NCBI RefSeq assembly: GCF_006345805.1
Contig: NC_043017.1
Location: 33,046,001-33,110,000, forward strand
Direction: 5' to 3'
Source of the DNA: Octopus sinensis
Taxonomy: Eukaryota
Length of the DNA: 64,000 nt
Shown: piece by piece, positions 1 through 11,659 of the stretch
Position numbering within the stretch: the first letter of the stretch is position 1
Layout of the letters: each line of letters begins with the position of its first letter
The notes under the pieces: generated by a model
Seen by the model: the letters and a program-made list of their open reading frames with translations, nothing else
Databases searched by the model: none
Told to the model about the DNA's origin: nothing
Made by a program: the position numbers and the translations under genes

Positions 1-124
1 CTTTTCTTTGTCGTAGCATTCTTTGCAAACTGAATAGGTTGTTTAATCTGCTGATTTAAATAATACTGTCTTGCCATCATAGGCAGCCTCACATCGATCT
101 GGCTTGATCTATTCAATAGATCAC

Positions 125-189
125 CATCAACACCATCTATCTATCTGTCTGTCTATCTGTCTATATGTCTGTCTGCCTGTCTGCCTGTT

Positions 190-222
<33 letters not shown>

Positions 223-253
223 ATCTTATCTATCTATCAATCAATCAATTAAT

Positions 254-294
<41 letters not shown>

Positions 295-318
295 CATCTA
301 TCTGTCTGTCTATCTATC

Positions 319-390
<72 letters not shown>

Positions 391-430
391 CACACAAACA
401 CACACACACGCATATACATATATACATGTA
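125..430. repeat. Compound microsatellite (ATCT)n/(CT)n/(TA)n/(CA)n
   Basis: Directly visible; explains the YLSI/IYIY ORFs at 104-535. Confidence 0.95.
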
Positions 431-784
431 TCTGCATGGGTACGCGTGCGCGTGTGCATACAGGTGTTCGGTCTAAATTTGATGATTTTTTGTCTCAATG
501 TTTTACAGGAACAGAGGACAGTCAACGGTGTTTGAGAGCATAAAATTTAAAGTTGTAACTGAAAAAAAAGTTAGTTGGCATGCGGAACTGGAAGCCACCT
601 GAATATTGAAAAAAGAGTTACCTGTGTAACGATGATTGGTGCCGGATATCAAAGTGCCGGCATCATGAATATTATGCAATGTTTTGTGAACGCTGTAAAA
701 GCTTTTAAGACATGTCCCACGTGTCATGAAAACCAAATTGTCCCAAAATGTGATGGCCTTTGAGTATATTTCCGGCGGGGATGA

Positions 785-1016
785 TATCTCTTTCTTTACT
801 ACCCACAAGGGGCTAAACACAGAGGGGACAAACAAGGACAGACAAACGGATTAAGTCGATTATATCGACCCCAGTACGTAACTGGTACTTATTTAATCGA
901 CCCCGAAAGGATGAAAGGCAAAGTCGACCTCGGCGGAATTTGAACTCAGAACGTAGCGGCAGACGAAATACGGCTACGCGTTTCGCCCGGCGTGCTAACG
1001 TTTCTGGGGATAATAC
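785..1016 (-). mobile_element. tRNA-derived SINE, family A (single unit with young tail)
   Basis: Reverse complement of the ...ttagcacgccgggcg...gagttcaaattccgccgaggtcgactttgcctttcatcctttcggggtcgat... element found about 10 times in the window; B-box-like gagttcaaattcc. Confidence 0.85.
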
Positions 1017-1017
1017 C

Positions 1018-1430
1018 GTGCTGCCCCACATATTAGAAGAGGGCCTTAGGCTATGTGAAGTTGCTGGATACTGTGGTCAAGCCCTGGTTGGAGTGGGTTG
1101 CTGCTGGAAGGTCATGTGCGGAAGCAGGATTCAGTTCCTTGCCATACCCCTGGAAAGAGTCAGAAATGGCTCTCAGAATTTCTACGGCGTCATAATCCCA
1201 TTGTCTGGCCTCATGATTTCCCTGATTGCAATCCCAATGATTACAATGCGTGGGGAGCGGTTGAGAAAGGCACCAGCCGCTCTACCTGCAATACCAAGGC
1301 AGAGATAAATGCCACCACATGGAGGTGCTCGATGATCTTCCCAAGGATATAGTGAGAAACGCATGCACCAGGTTCTAGATCCATTTTGAAATTCTGATGG
1401 AAACTGGAGGCGATTACTTTGAGTAAACTA
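1018..1430 (+). pseudogene. Tc1/mariner-superfamily (DD37D/maT-like) transposase C-terminal fragment
   Basis: Translates as YVKLLDTVVKPW...QDSVPCHT...WPHDFPDCNPNDYNAWGAVE...ACTRF...GGDYFE*; homologous to the copy at 30952-31713. Confidence 0.8.
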
Positions 1431-2099
1431 TTATTCCCCAGCCATAGTCTAGTTGATATTTTTTTGATTTTTCAAAGTTCTTTTTCGATGGGATATTATA
1501 TTTTCGTTTCCTTCTATGAAAGCTATCAAACTTAGCACGAACACACGCACACACACACACACACACACATAACACACACACCACACACACACACACACGT
1601 CCATTTCATATGCATGTACATACATATTTCGTTTTCTCCTCTCTTTTACTTCCTGCTCTCACTTCAAAGCAAATGTCACCTATTCACTTTCTCCTCTCTT
1701 CAAAGCATAAAGAATTTTTTAAAAATTACGGAAATTAATGAATAGTCATATGATCCCATATGGTCGAACATATGATCGAGTTGACAGCTTTCCTGCTTCA
1801 AACGAAAGAGTGCAATAAATTAAATTCCTTTGACACACACACGCCCACACACAACACACAACACAACACACACACACACACACACACTGTAGGTAAAACG
1901 TCGTACAGTCCAAATCCAATTGAAATCACCTTTTTTCTATCCTGTAATTCGTGTTTGTGATGAATGTATTTAAAAACCTGAACTTCGATAGAAATTTAAA
2001 AGGATGTCCTGTCCTTTACCTGTTGTTTGTATTCTGTCCGAGGTGACATTTGCGCCTTACCTCTGATTTTTTCCTAAATTTCTCCACCAACCCATTTTT

Positions 2100-2970
2100 T
2101 TCAATTTTTACTTTTTTCGAAATGTTTTCTTGGTAATCCACGGAGAAAAAGCGCAAGAATCTCCTTCCCAAACATCCACCCATCTTCTCACCACTTTCAA
2201 AACGCCACAAACTCCCAATGTTTCACTTTTAGCTTTTTGGAAAGCAGGAAAGTTTCTTCAGAAATAATATAGTTTAGCTGCTGTTTCTAGCATGTTAGGT
2301 TTTCTGGTGGTGCTCTAATATTTTTTACGTCTGCTTTTTCAGTACATGCGTGAAACATCATACGAAAATAAAACATATGGTGTTTTTAGCTTTTTGAAAG
2401 CGGGTAGGTGATGGGTGGGCGAGGTGGGGAGAAGGGTCAATGAGTATTTCTTTATGAAAAATTAAACTTAAAAAAATATTTCCCAGATTCGTAATCTCTG
2501 TATTTTTCTACATGAATAAAAGAAATAAAATTAAGTTTAGTGTAAAAAATAAATAACACTGAAGCAAAGTAACACCAAATATATAATATATAGTGCGTGT
2601 GTTTTTATTGACTAAACTGGCAAAATGACCATTCCGAAAAACAACAATAAAAGAAAACATTTCGTTAAAAAGTGTTATTAAGAAATTGCAGTCGAGACGG
2701 GAGGAAACTAAAAGTTTGAAAACGTGATTTCTGGACAAAATTTTATTAGCCCCCATTTATCGATGAAGCAGTACATAGCTAGTGATCCTTCTTAAGAACA
2801 GAAAGCAATTTCATGCAAACCCATACAAATTGTAACCTCTCCCTTTAAACAAACAATAGCTTCCATTACACCAATAATCCAGTTCACTATACATCAGCTG
2901 TACTGATTCTGCCCATAAAAGCAGGAATAAATAATACAATATGGTTGTAGGTCATAACACCCGGGCAAGT
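2100..2970 (+). mobile_element. Non-autonomous Helitron-like repeat, 3' end truncated
   Basis: Diverged inverted match to 50740-51490 (e.g. ctaaaagtgaaacattgggag, ttcatgcaaaccca, ttgtaggtcataa); that copy ends in a hairpin plus CTAG. Confidence 0.6.
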
Positions 2971-2982
2971 GTAATTATATAT

Positions 2983-3192
2983 ATCAAAATGTGACCTCGT
3001 GTGTACCGTTGGCGATTTTTTTCCTCTGTCTTCCCTTCTCTGGATCTTTCCTTCTCCTATGTTTCCGACGAAGAGCTCCGCTCGAAACGTTAATCCCTCC
3101 TTCTTTCCTTCTTTCCTGAGCGTCCAATAATACTATATTTGTTCCACGTCCTCGCGTTGTTGTGTTTTTTTTTTTGTGTGCTTTCCTTGTTT
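2983..3192 (+). mobile_element. Short pyrimidine-rich Penelope-terminus-like cassette next to (TA)n
   Basis: Contains an HHR-like motif at 3061-3095 and abuts (TA)n; same layout as 28935-29125. Confidence 0.55.
3061..3095 (+). ncRNA. Degenerate minimal type I hammerhead ribozyme motif
   Basis: gttt-CCGACGA-A-GAGC-tcc-GCTC-GAAA-CG-TT-aatc: core U4->C, extra A after A9, 4-bp stem II, palindromic ACGT stem III, imperfect stem I. Confidence 0.55.
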
Positions 3193-3202
3193 ATATTATA
3201 TA

Positions 3203-3289
<87 letters not shown>

Positions 3290-3442
3290 GAATATTAAAT
3301 AGGTGAATGAATTATCCTATGTTTATCGTCAGCAGGGAAATTCGTTGAACCGAACCTGGGTAGCAAATTCACGTCAGAAAACGGTTGAAGCGACCTGTCC
3401 CTGGTAGAAACTCCGGGTTCATGTGCAGAAATTTGTGTGTTG

Positions 3443-3586
3443 TATATGAATAAATGAAAGAATGGAGTCGAACGAAGATGTTAACAAAATTCCTTTACTC
3501 TCGACATATGTTTCGAAACATATGTCGAGAGTAAAGGAATTTTGTTAACATCTTCGCTCGACTCCATTCTTTCATTTATTCATATA
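3443..3586. repeat. Zero-spacer palindrome, 72-bp arms, one mismatch
   Basis: Arms 3443-3514 and 3515-3586 are reverse complements centred on tttc|gaaa. Confidence 0.95.
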
Positions 3587-3596
3587 TATATATTAT

Positions 3597-3672
<76 letters not shown>

Positions 3673-3975
3673 TGAATATATGGACGCTTCTATATATGCA
3701 CATAGATAACAACAAATGCCATCGTTAACTTCAAAATGAAACCAGTTCATCTGAAAGACGAGGCTGTAATGGTCTGAAGCCGTTGATTGACGAACGAATC
3801 TCAACAAACAGAGTAACACAAATGTTCAAGACGAACAGTAAAGAACAAACCAAGAAGACACGAAAATAAGTTATAAAAAGATATAAAACTTCGACTCAGT
3901 CATATTGTTAATATTACATGCTAAAATGAAAGGCAGTGCCTTTTCACATGGATGTATACGTATGCAACATATATA

Positions 3976-4013
<38 letters not shown>

Positions 4014-4169
4014 TATGTGTGGTGTGTGTATTTATGCATGCGATAGTAACCAAATACATCTATGAATATACCAATGCCAATATTTGTCAAGACGTTTACA
4101 GTCTCATTTTCTAGATAAATTGGTTTTATTTTGAAGTTAATGGTGACGGTTTTTGGTATTATGTACATA

Positions 4170-4288
4170 CACACACACATACACACGTATGTATGTATGT
4201 GTGCATATATATATCTATATACATATGTATATATTATATATATATATATACATACATATATATATATGTATATATCTATATATATATG

Positions 4289-4327
<39 letters not shown>

Positions 4328-4374
4328 TATATATATATATAATATACATATGTATGTATATATTATATATATGT

Positions 4375-4419
<45 letters not shown>

Positions 4420-4433
4420 ACATATATATATTA

Positions 4434-4475
<42 letters not shown>

Positions 4476-4631
4476 CATATGTAGATATATATATATATGA
4501 GAATAGAAAAAGAAATGGCAATATCGGAATTTAGTGATGGAGAGGTATGTACTTACCGTGATTACAAAACTACATAGATTACATACTGATATTTTATATT
4601 GCACACAACACACAAATATATCTGTTATATA

Positions 4632-4696
<65 letters not shown>

Positions 4697-4705
4697 ATAT
4701 ATTAC

Positions 4706-4746
<41 letters not shown>

Positions 4747-4830
4747 AATAAATATATATATATATCGATTTTATATATATATATATTATATGTATATATA
4801 TATATGTAAACAAACATATACATATGCATT
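4170..4830. repeat. (TA)n-dominated low-complexity field
   Basis: Directly visible. Confidence 0.95.
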
Positions 4831-5519
4831 CGAACACATATATAAGATTCTAATAAATATAACAGCCTCTGATGGGCTATAAATACAAAAAAAGGACATA
4901 TTGACATAAGCTTACATATATAAACCAATATATCCCAATATACACAGAGATGAATATAGTCGCTCACAGTTTCACCCACTCATATATACAAGCATAGATT
5001 CACTCACAAACATTCGTATGACAAACTATTACTATACTTTCCGCCTATGTAAACTAACATACTGCAACATATATGAAAACATCTATTGAAACACTCATAT
5101 ATTATAGAAACCTTTTTAGTAGACATATCTGACAAGTGAGAAAATAAAATAATGAAATAAAAGAATAGTCTTTCTATTATATTTGGTAAATACCATGCAA
5201 ATTTAATTTTGTGACTAACAAAAGTGAAAATAATATTTGTTAATACAAACTTTTGAATTTCTTTTCTAATTCCATCGTCAATATGATTTCACAATTTTCT
5301 TCCCTCCTCGACTACACGTACCTTTGGAATTTATCAAATATGTTGTTGAGGAGATGATGTTGGTAGTGATGATGATTACGATGATGATGATCACGATGAC
5401 GACGATGACAACGATGATAAAGATGACGATGTTGATGTTTTGTAGCTATATTTCTTTTGCTGTTTGGTTTGTTTGATATGTGATTTTTGATTTTCTGTGT
5501 GTTATTCTATGTTATTAGT

Positions 5520-5902
5520 GGAGGCGCAATGGCCCAGTGGTTAGGGTAGCGGACTCGCGGTCGTAGGATCGTGGTTTCGATTCCCAGACCGGGCGTTGTG
5601 AGTGTTTATTGAGCAAAAACACCTAAAGCTCCACGAGGCTCCGGCAGGGATGGTGGTGATCCCTGCTGTACTCTTTCACCACAACTTTCTCTCACCCTTA
5701 CTTCCTGTTTCTGTTGTACCTGTATTTCAAAGGGCCGGCCTTGTCACTCTCTGTGTCACGCTGAATATCCCCGAGAACTACGTTAAGGGTACACGTGTCT
5801 GTGGAGTGCTCAGCCACTTACACGTTAATTTCACGAGCAGGCTGTTCCGTTGATCGGATCAACCGGAACCCTCGTCGTCGTAACCGACGGAGTGCTTCCA
5901 TC
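5520..5902 (+). mobile_element. tRNA-derived SINE, head B + tail T1
   Basis: A-box tggcccagtgg and B-box ggtttcgattcc; TSD ctatgttattag (5507-5518) / ctacgttattag (5903-5914). Confidence 0.9.
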
Positions 5903-6404
5903 CTACGTTATTAGAAGCTGAAGCTTCTTGAATCGTGACTGTGAGTTACGCATTGTCGAGTATCCAAACGGTTGAAATAGGGAAGTAGCGTGAAAATATA
6001 TAAGCAAAAATATTTGCTAGAAAATGAATCCCACATTTATCAATTGAATTGTCATGTACAGAAACATGTGGTATAGTCCTTTATCCCACATGCAAAAACA
6101 GATAACATTTTTTTTATATTTGCAGTAACATGCATGAAACACACGGCAGGTAAATATTGTTAATGAAGTTTTAGCATCAGTAAATAAATTAATGCTTTGG
6201 GATTATATGATTATCGACAGAGTCTCAATAAGCCCATATCAAAGAATATAACATGGCTATATGCAAACACAATGAAACTGCTTCCAGTTACGGATTAAAA
6301 GTCCTGTAATCACTTTGCTATCAAGTTAGAAACAAGACGAATAACTACTTGCGTAAAATTTCACAACAGAGTTGAAAATTTAGCCTTATGCAAAATTTTA
6401 AGTA

Positions 6405-6540
6405 CAGGGTGGGCCAAAAGTCATGCACAACGTAAGTTTAATACCCACCAAAATTGTCAAAGACATGCTTCGATTTCTTTTTTAAAGTTGAATGAAATAA
6501 ATAAAATAACAATGAATTCACACGTGCTTCTACATGATAG
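6405..6540 (+). mobile_element. Possible Tc1/mariner-type terminal fragment
   Basis: TA|CAGGGTGGGCCAAAAGTCA resembles Tc1/mariner TIR starts; no partner TIR seen. Confidence 0.35.
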
Positions 6541-6584
6541 GAAAAAGGAAGAATAATAATGGTTTCAAATTTTGATACAAGGCC

Positions 6585-6768
6585 AGAAATTTCGAAGCTG
6601 GGGGTTAGTCGACTACATCGACCCCAGCAATTGACTAGTACTTATGTCATCAACTCCGAAAGGATGAAAAGCAAAGTCGACCTCGGTGGAATTTGAACTC
6701 AGAACTAAAGATGGACGAAATGCAACTAAGCATTTTGCCCGACTGGCTTACGACTCTGCCAACTCACC
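6585..6768 (-). mobile_element. Decayed SINE family A
   Basis: Homology to family A head and core (gaaaggatgaaaagcaaagtcgacctcggtggaatttgaactcaga). Confidence 0.8.
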
Positions 6769-6772
6769 ATCT

Positions 6773-6864
<92 letters not shown>

Positions 6865-7217
6865 TAGTGGTGGTAGTAGTAGTAAAAATGTTGCATTATG
6901 TAGCTTGTTATTCTCTTCAGGTGAACATTTCTCTGGTTGAAATACACTGAAAAATGGCGACACAGCAGTCAAAAAATCGTAAAAAATAGGGATTTTCATA
7001 GAAAAAAAAGCACCTTTTTTATGTAAATAATTTTTGTTTTTAAGATGGTCCGATTTGAATTTTTCTTCTACGGAATGAAGAGCAAGCCTTCTCCTATCAC
7101 ACTTTCAATTTTGGTCAACATGTGTCGCAGAGTCTCGGAAGAGATAGTCTTAGTTGAAGGCTACCAAACCTGCCAGAGACACACACATGCACAGACAACC
7201 TCAGCTATATATACTCT

Positions 7218-7635
7218 CTTTTACTCTTTACTCTTTTACTTGTTTCAGTCATTTGACTGCGGCCATACTGGAGCACCGCCTTTAGTCGAGGAGCAAATCG
7301 ACCCCGGGACTTATTCTTTGTAAGCCCAGTACTTATTCTATCGGTCTCTTTTGCCGAACCGCTAAGTGACGGGGATGTAAACACACCAGCATCGGTTGTC
7401 AAGCAATGCTAGAGGGACAAACACAGACACACAAACATATACACACACATACATACATATATATACATATATACGACGGGCTTCTTTCAGTTTCCGTCTA
7501 CCAAATCCACTCACAAGGCATTGGTCGGCCCCGGGGCTATAGCAGAAGACACTTGCCCAAGATGCCACGCAGTGGGACTGAACCCGGAACCATGTGGTTG
7601 GTTAGCAAGCTACTTACCACACAGCCACTCCTGCG
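7218..7635 (-). mobile_element. tRNA-derived SINE family C (CORE-like accttgggcaagt segment, internal TA/GT repeat)
   Basis: Reverse complement of the element at 29322-29725. Confidence 0.9.
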
Positions 7636-8110
7636 CCTATATGTATAGATATTATGAGATAATTAAGGCTAGTATAATTATTTTTGATTCCATCATTTAT
7701 GCTATTACTCATCTTGTTTCCCTTCCATTGTGGAATAACAGCCACTCAGATATCAAGGATGTTTCATAATAACATAAAACCACTGTAGATTTATGCCGCT
7801 TGATGTGTCCATCAATAATGTAATTTCTTCTTTCAAGAGGATTTGTATGTCAAGTCATCGAAATATACTCAACTGTTGAAAAAACATTAGAAAATGTACC
7901 ACAGATACATCTCTTCAATTATTATGAATAGAACCAGTGATATATGTATTTTGACACTTGCAAAACTATGTTGTGTTTACATATCAGTATCATATGTATA
8001 CAATACATGCCAAAAAGATAAACTTTAGTAGCTTCTTGTTTTTATAACAATTGCCAGGTTATCGAATTACCAGTATGTATAAAACTAACTAGTTTAGCCA
8101 GTTGATTGTT

Positions 8111-8404
8111 AGTGGAGGCACATGGCCTAGTGGTTAGAGCAGCGGACCTCGCGGTCGAGGGATCGCCAGTTCGAATCTCAGACCGGGCGATGTGTGGGTT
8201 TATGAGCGAAACACCTAAACTCCACGCGGATCCGGCAGAAGGTAATGGTGAACTTCTACTGACTCTTTCGCCACAACTTTCTCTCACTCTTTCCTCCTGC
8301 AGCTCACCTGCGACGGACCGGCGTCCCGTCCAGGTGGGGAACTTATGCACCAAAGAAATCGGGAAACTGGCCCTTATGAGCCACGCGTGGCTCGAGAAGG
8401 AACA
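8111..8404 (+). mobile_element. tRNA-derived SINE, head B + tail T2
   Basis: Head matches 5520 and 60688; different tail (ctgcgacggaccggcgtcccgtccagg...agaaggaacaa); TSD agttgattgtt at 8100-8110 and 8405-8415. Confidence 0.88.
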
Positions 8405-9169
8405 AGTTGATTGTTGGAATTTCATTAATTTAACGATATATATTCATAAATGCAAATCTTCGCTTCGGATGTTTATAGAATTATGTCATTTCCTTTGAGA
8501 GAAGAAACATTCTGGGGGTCATTAATGCTTGTGGATGAGATTTTCTTATGGCCTAATCTATTTTATAATCGTTAGTATTTTCACCTTTCAACTCCAGATA
8601 TAACTGGGGAGTGAGGGTGAGGGGCATAATTCTAAGTAACTATTATTTATTAGCGGCAGAAACAGTATTACTAGCAAGGGATAATATTTATCTCAACCTA
8701 AACGTGAATGTTCTGTTAGAACCCCTATTATTGGCTTTTGGTGTAAATGGCTTTTGGTACATTCTTGATTATATCGCTGGCGGCGAAATAAATCTGCACC
8801 ATGTCTAAGTAGCTAAATATGCAGGTGAATGTGTGTGTGTGTTGTTACGGAAGTATCTTTAAAAGTATTTTCAGTGGGCCAAATAGAGCGTTTTCTTTCA
8901 TTGTTATTTGTAAAAAAAGGACATTGTCCCATAAACCAATACTTTGTTCACCGTTGACAAAGCAAATATTAGGGTTGTAACAATTACATTGTACTGGAAA
9001 TGCTCTACACTTTACACTGGCGAAAGAAGCAGCTCATCTTAACATTATTTCTATTAAAGATATGGCCTATCGAGAAATGGCCTATCGAGAAATAATTATC
9101 ACTAAAGTTTCAGGAGATACTGAAACGATTCTCTTTTTATGAAACACGGTAAAAAGTGACTTGTAAAAG

Positions 9170-9335
9170 GCACCGGTTCACTGTGCAAAGTGGCTGGTGT
9201 TAGGAAAGGCATCCAGTTGGAGAAACCAAGCCAAAGCAGACGACTATAACCTAGTGCAATTCTCCAGCTTACCAGCTCCAGTCAAACCGTCCAACCCATG
9301 CCAGCGTGGGAAACGGACGTTAAATGATGAGGATT
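9170..9335 (+). mobile_element. RTE-type retroposon 3' tail
   Basis: ttaggaaaggcatccag...ccgtccaacccatgccagcgtgggaaacggacgttaaatgatga; the same tail occurs inverted at 24627-24790. Confidence 0.7.
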
Positions 9336-9644
9336 ATGAAGTAACAATGAACAGTACGTTTCGCCTAGCATCCTAACGATTCTACCAGCTCTCCGCCTTA
9401 ATATAACTCTATCTACAATATTATAATGCTTATATTTATAAAAATCCTTATTATCTAAGTGACGGATAAACTATGGAAACTAAAACATTTCTTTTCGCTT
9501 TATCTTGCTTTTTTCCGTATATAATTTTGGATTAGCAAATAATCTTTAAAACTAATGTATGGTTCAGATAATTCAAAAGTTTAAATTTCACTTGAGTGAT
9601 AATTACTAGTGTTGCTTTCTTTTATAGATATTGTTGATCGGCGA

Positions 9645-10045
9645 GCTGGCAGAATCGTTAGCACGCCGGGCGAAATGCTTAGCGGTATTTCGTCTGCCAT
9701 TACGTTCTGAGTACAAATTCCGCCGAGGTCGACTTTGCCCTTCATCCTTTCGGGGTCGATAAATTAAGTACCAGTTACGCATTGGGGTCGATGTAATCGA
9801 CTTAGTACCTATGTCTGTCCTTGTTTGTCCTCTCTTTGTTTAGCCCATTGTGGGTAATAAAGAAATAGGTATTTCGTCTGCCGCTACGTTCTGAGTTCAA
9901 ATTCCGCCAAGGTTGACTTTGCCTTTCATCCTTTCGGGTTCGATAAATTAAGTACCAGTTACGCACTGGGGTCGATATAATCGACTTAATCTGTCCTTGT
10001 TTGTCCTCTCTGCGTTTAGCCCCTTGTGGGTAATAAAGAAATGGG
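9645..10045 (+). mobile_element. SINE family A, two tandem units
   Basis: Head ggcgagctggcagaatcgttagcacgccggg, then the gtatttcgtctg...aaagaaat unit twice. Confidence 0.9.
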
Positions 10046-10329
10046 TTAGATAGGAGCCTATATAAATGCAGCTTTCAATTTTTCGTATAAATTTTGGTTT
10101 TCTCTGAACAAATATGTAACGTATTTCATATTCCATTTTAATGGATTAAATTTGGCTAAATTGACCCCTAATTTCTTTTGAATATTTCTTAGTTATACTA
10201 TATTGAAGTACATATGCATATGCACACATACAACAATATATGCACGTAACGCAACACACACACATATGCATATATATATATATTAATAAATAAAACATAT
10301 GCATATATATATACATATATGTACGTACC

Positions 10330-10790
10330 TACCTCTACATGTATATATACACGTATATATGAGTACAGGACACCAAAAAAACGTCGAACACAATGAGAAA
10401 CGAAAACATAGACACAAACCCAAGGTACTGGACATTTTTCTTAAGCAACAAAAAAATAGAGTACAGGACAAATAACACAAGGAAAAAACCCCTTCTTCAG
10501 TCGCCATGGTTTCATCTACTCTACGTTTCGAATGTGAAGGCGAAACGTATCTTCGATAGAAACTTTCCTTCCTGCGAAAAGCAAATCAAATAAAATTTGA
10601 GATCTTTTTGCAGAGGGGTAAAAATGGTAACAAAAACAGGACAGTAACGACAGTACAAAATATAAGCAGTAAAAGACAGGCAAGGAGAATAACAAGACAA
10701 GAAGGGCTGTTAACGCCGAACGAAAAAAAGTATTACGAACGCTATTTCTGTGGACGGCGAAGGGGGCAAAGAAAATTGCCGTATATATAT
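10330..10790 (-). mobile_element. (TA)n-embedded Penelope-terminus-like cassette, decayed
   Basis: Pyrimidine-rich minus strand, tacgtttcg/cgaaacgta hairpin and CTGAAGA-AGGGG motif; layout parallels 49665-50240. Confidence 0.4.
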
Positions 10791-11106
10791 ATATATGCAT
10801 ATGTATATATAATATAATAAGAGTAAGTAATAGCTTTAATGTTTTTTTAAATAACCAACAATTATTTACTGGTAGATTTCGGCATGTAAATATAACCATT
10901 AACGGTAGGAACTTCTATAAAAGTTCAATATATATTTTGTATATAAATAAAAAAAAAGGCAGGCAACAGGTTGCTTAATTCACATATGCAAAAATTACAG
11001 GGATATGTCGTATGTGGAGTCTTATTTGTAGAAAATAGAAATAAACAGTCCTTGACTGTTATTTCTAAGTTTTTCGGTGTGGCTAAGCAACCGGTTACCT
11101 GCCTTT

Positions 11107-11179
<73 letters not shown>

Positions 11180-11274
11180 GTACATATAATCTTTAACATA
11201 TTTTAAATCTTTTCTTTCTTTCAACTGCAAGTATTCAGACTTACTATCCGAGACTCCATGGGTTTTATGTTACA

Positions 11275-11658
11275 CTAGCAGTATCGCCCGGCGTTGCTCA
11301 GGTTTGTAAGGGAAATAACTATAAAGCATTTTTAGAGAGTTATAGCCAAAATATAGCAAAAAAAATGGAAAAAAAATGATGGTAAATTTTTTTTAGAGTT
11401 AAAAAAGGTCGAGTTGCGTCCCCTAGACAGTCTGTGGTTTGTGTTTCTGATTCTCGACCCCATGTCGAATTTATCGATTTTTTCAGAACTGGGGGAACTT
11501 TTCAAAATTTTCGCTGCGTTAGTTTTGAATTATGACATTGGGCTATGTGTGTGTCAAGTTTCATCAGAATCGGTTGAAAGCCGTGGTCAGGGTGAGGGTA
11601 CAACCTAACAGACACACAGAAACACACACAGACAAACTGCCGTTTATATAGAGAGAGA
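11275..11658 (-). mobile_element. Complete non-autonomous Helitron (384 bp)
   Basis: Minus strand starts TC, ends with hairpin cctgagcaacgccggg then CTAG; inserted between A(11274) and T(11659) with no TSD. Confidence 0.85.
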
Positions 11659-11659
11659 T

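Noticed and set aside
1-115. Open minus-strand frame (LLNRSSQIDV...FAKNATTKK) as an R4/Dong remnant
   Set aside because: Too short, and no diagnostic motif.
490-763. Acceptor-like ttttacag and a Cys-rich ORF vaguely like a C-type lectin
   Set aside because: All three frames stop soon after the acceptor, and the W and C motifs lie in different frames.
4500-4560. Donor-like GAG|gtatgt and minus-strand cg|gtaagt
   Set aside because: No matching acceptor or recognisable coding sequence.
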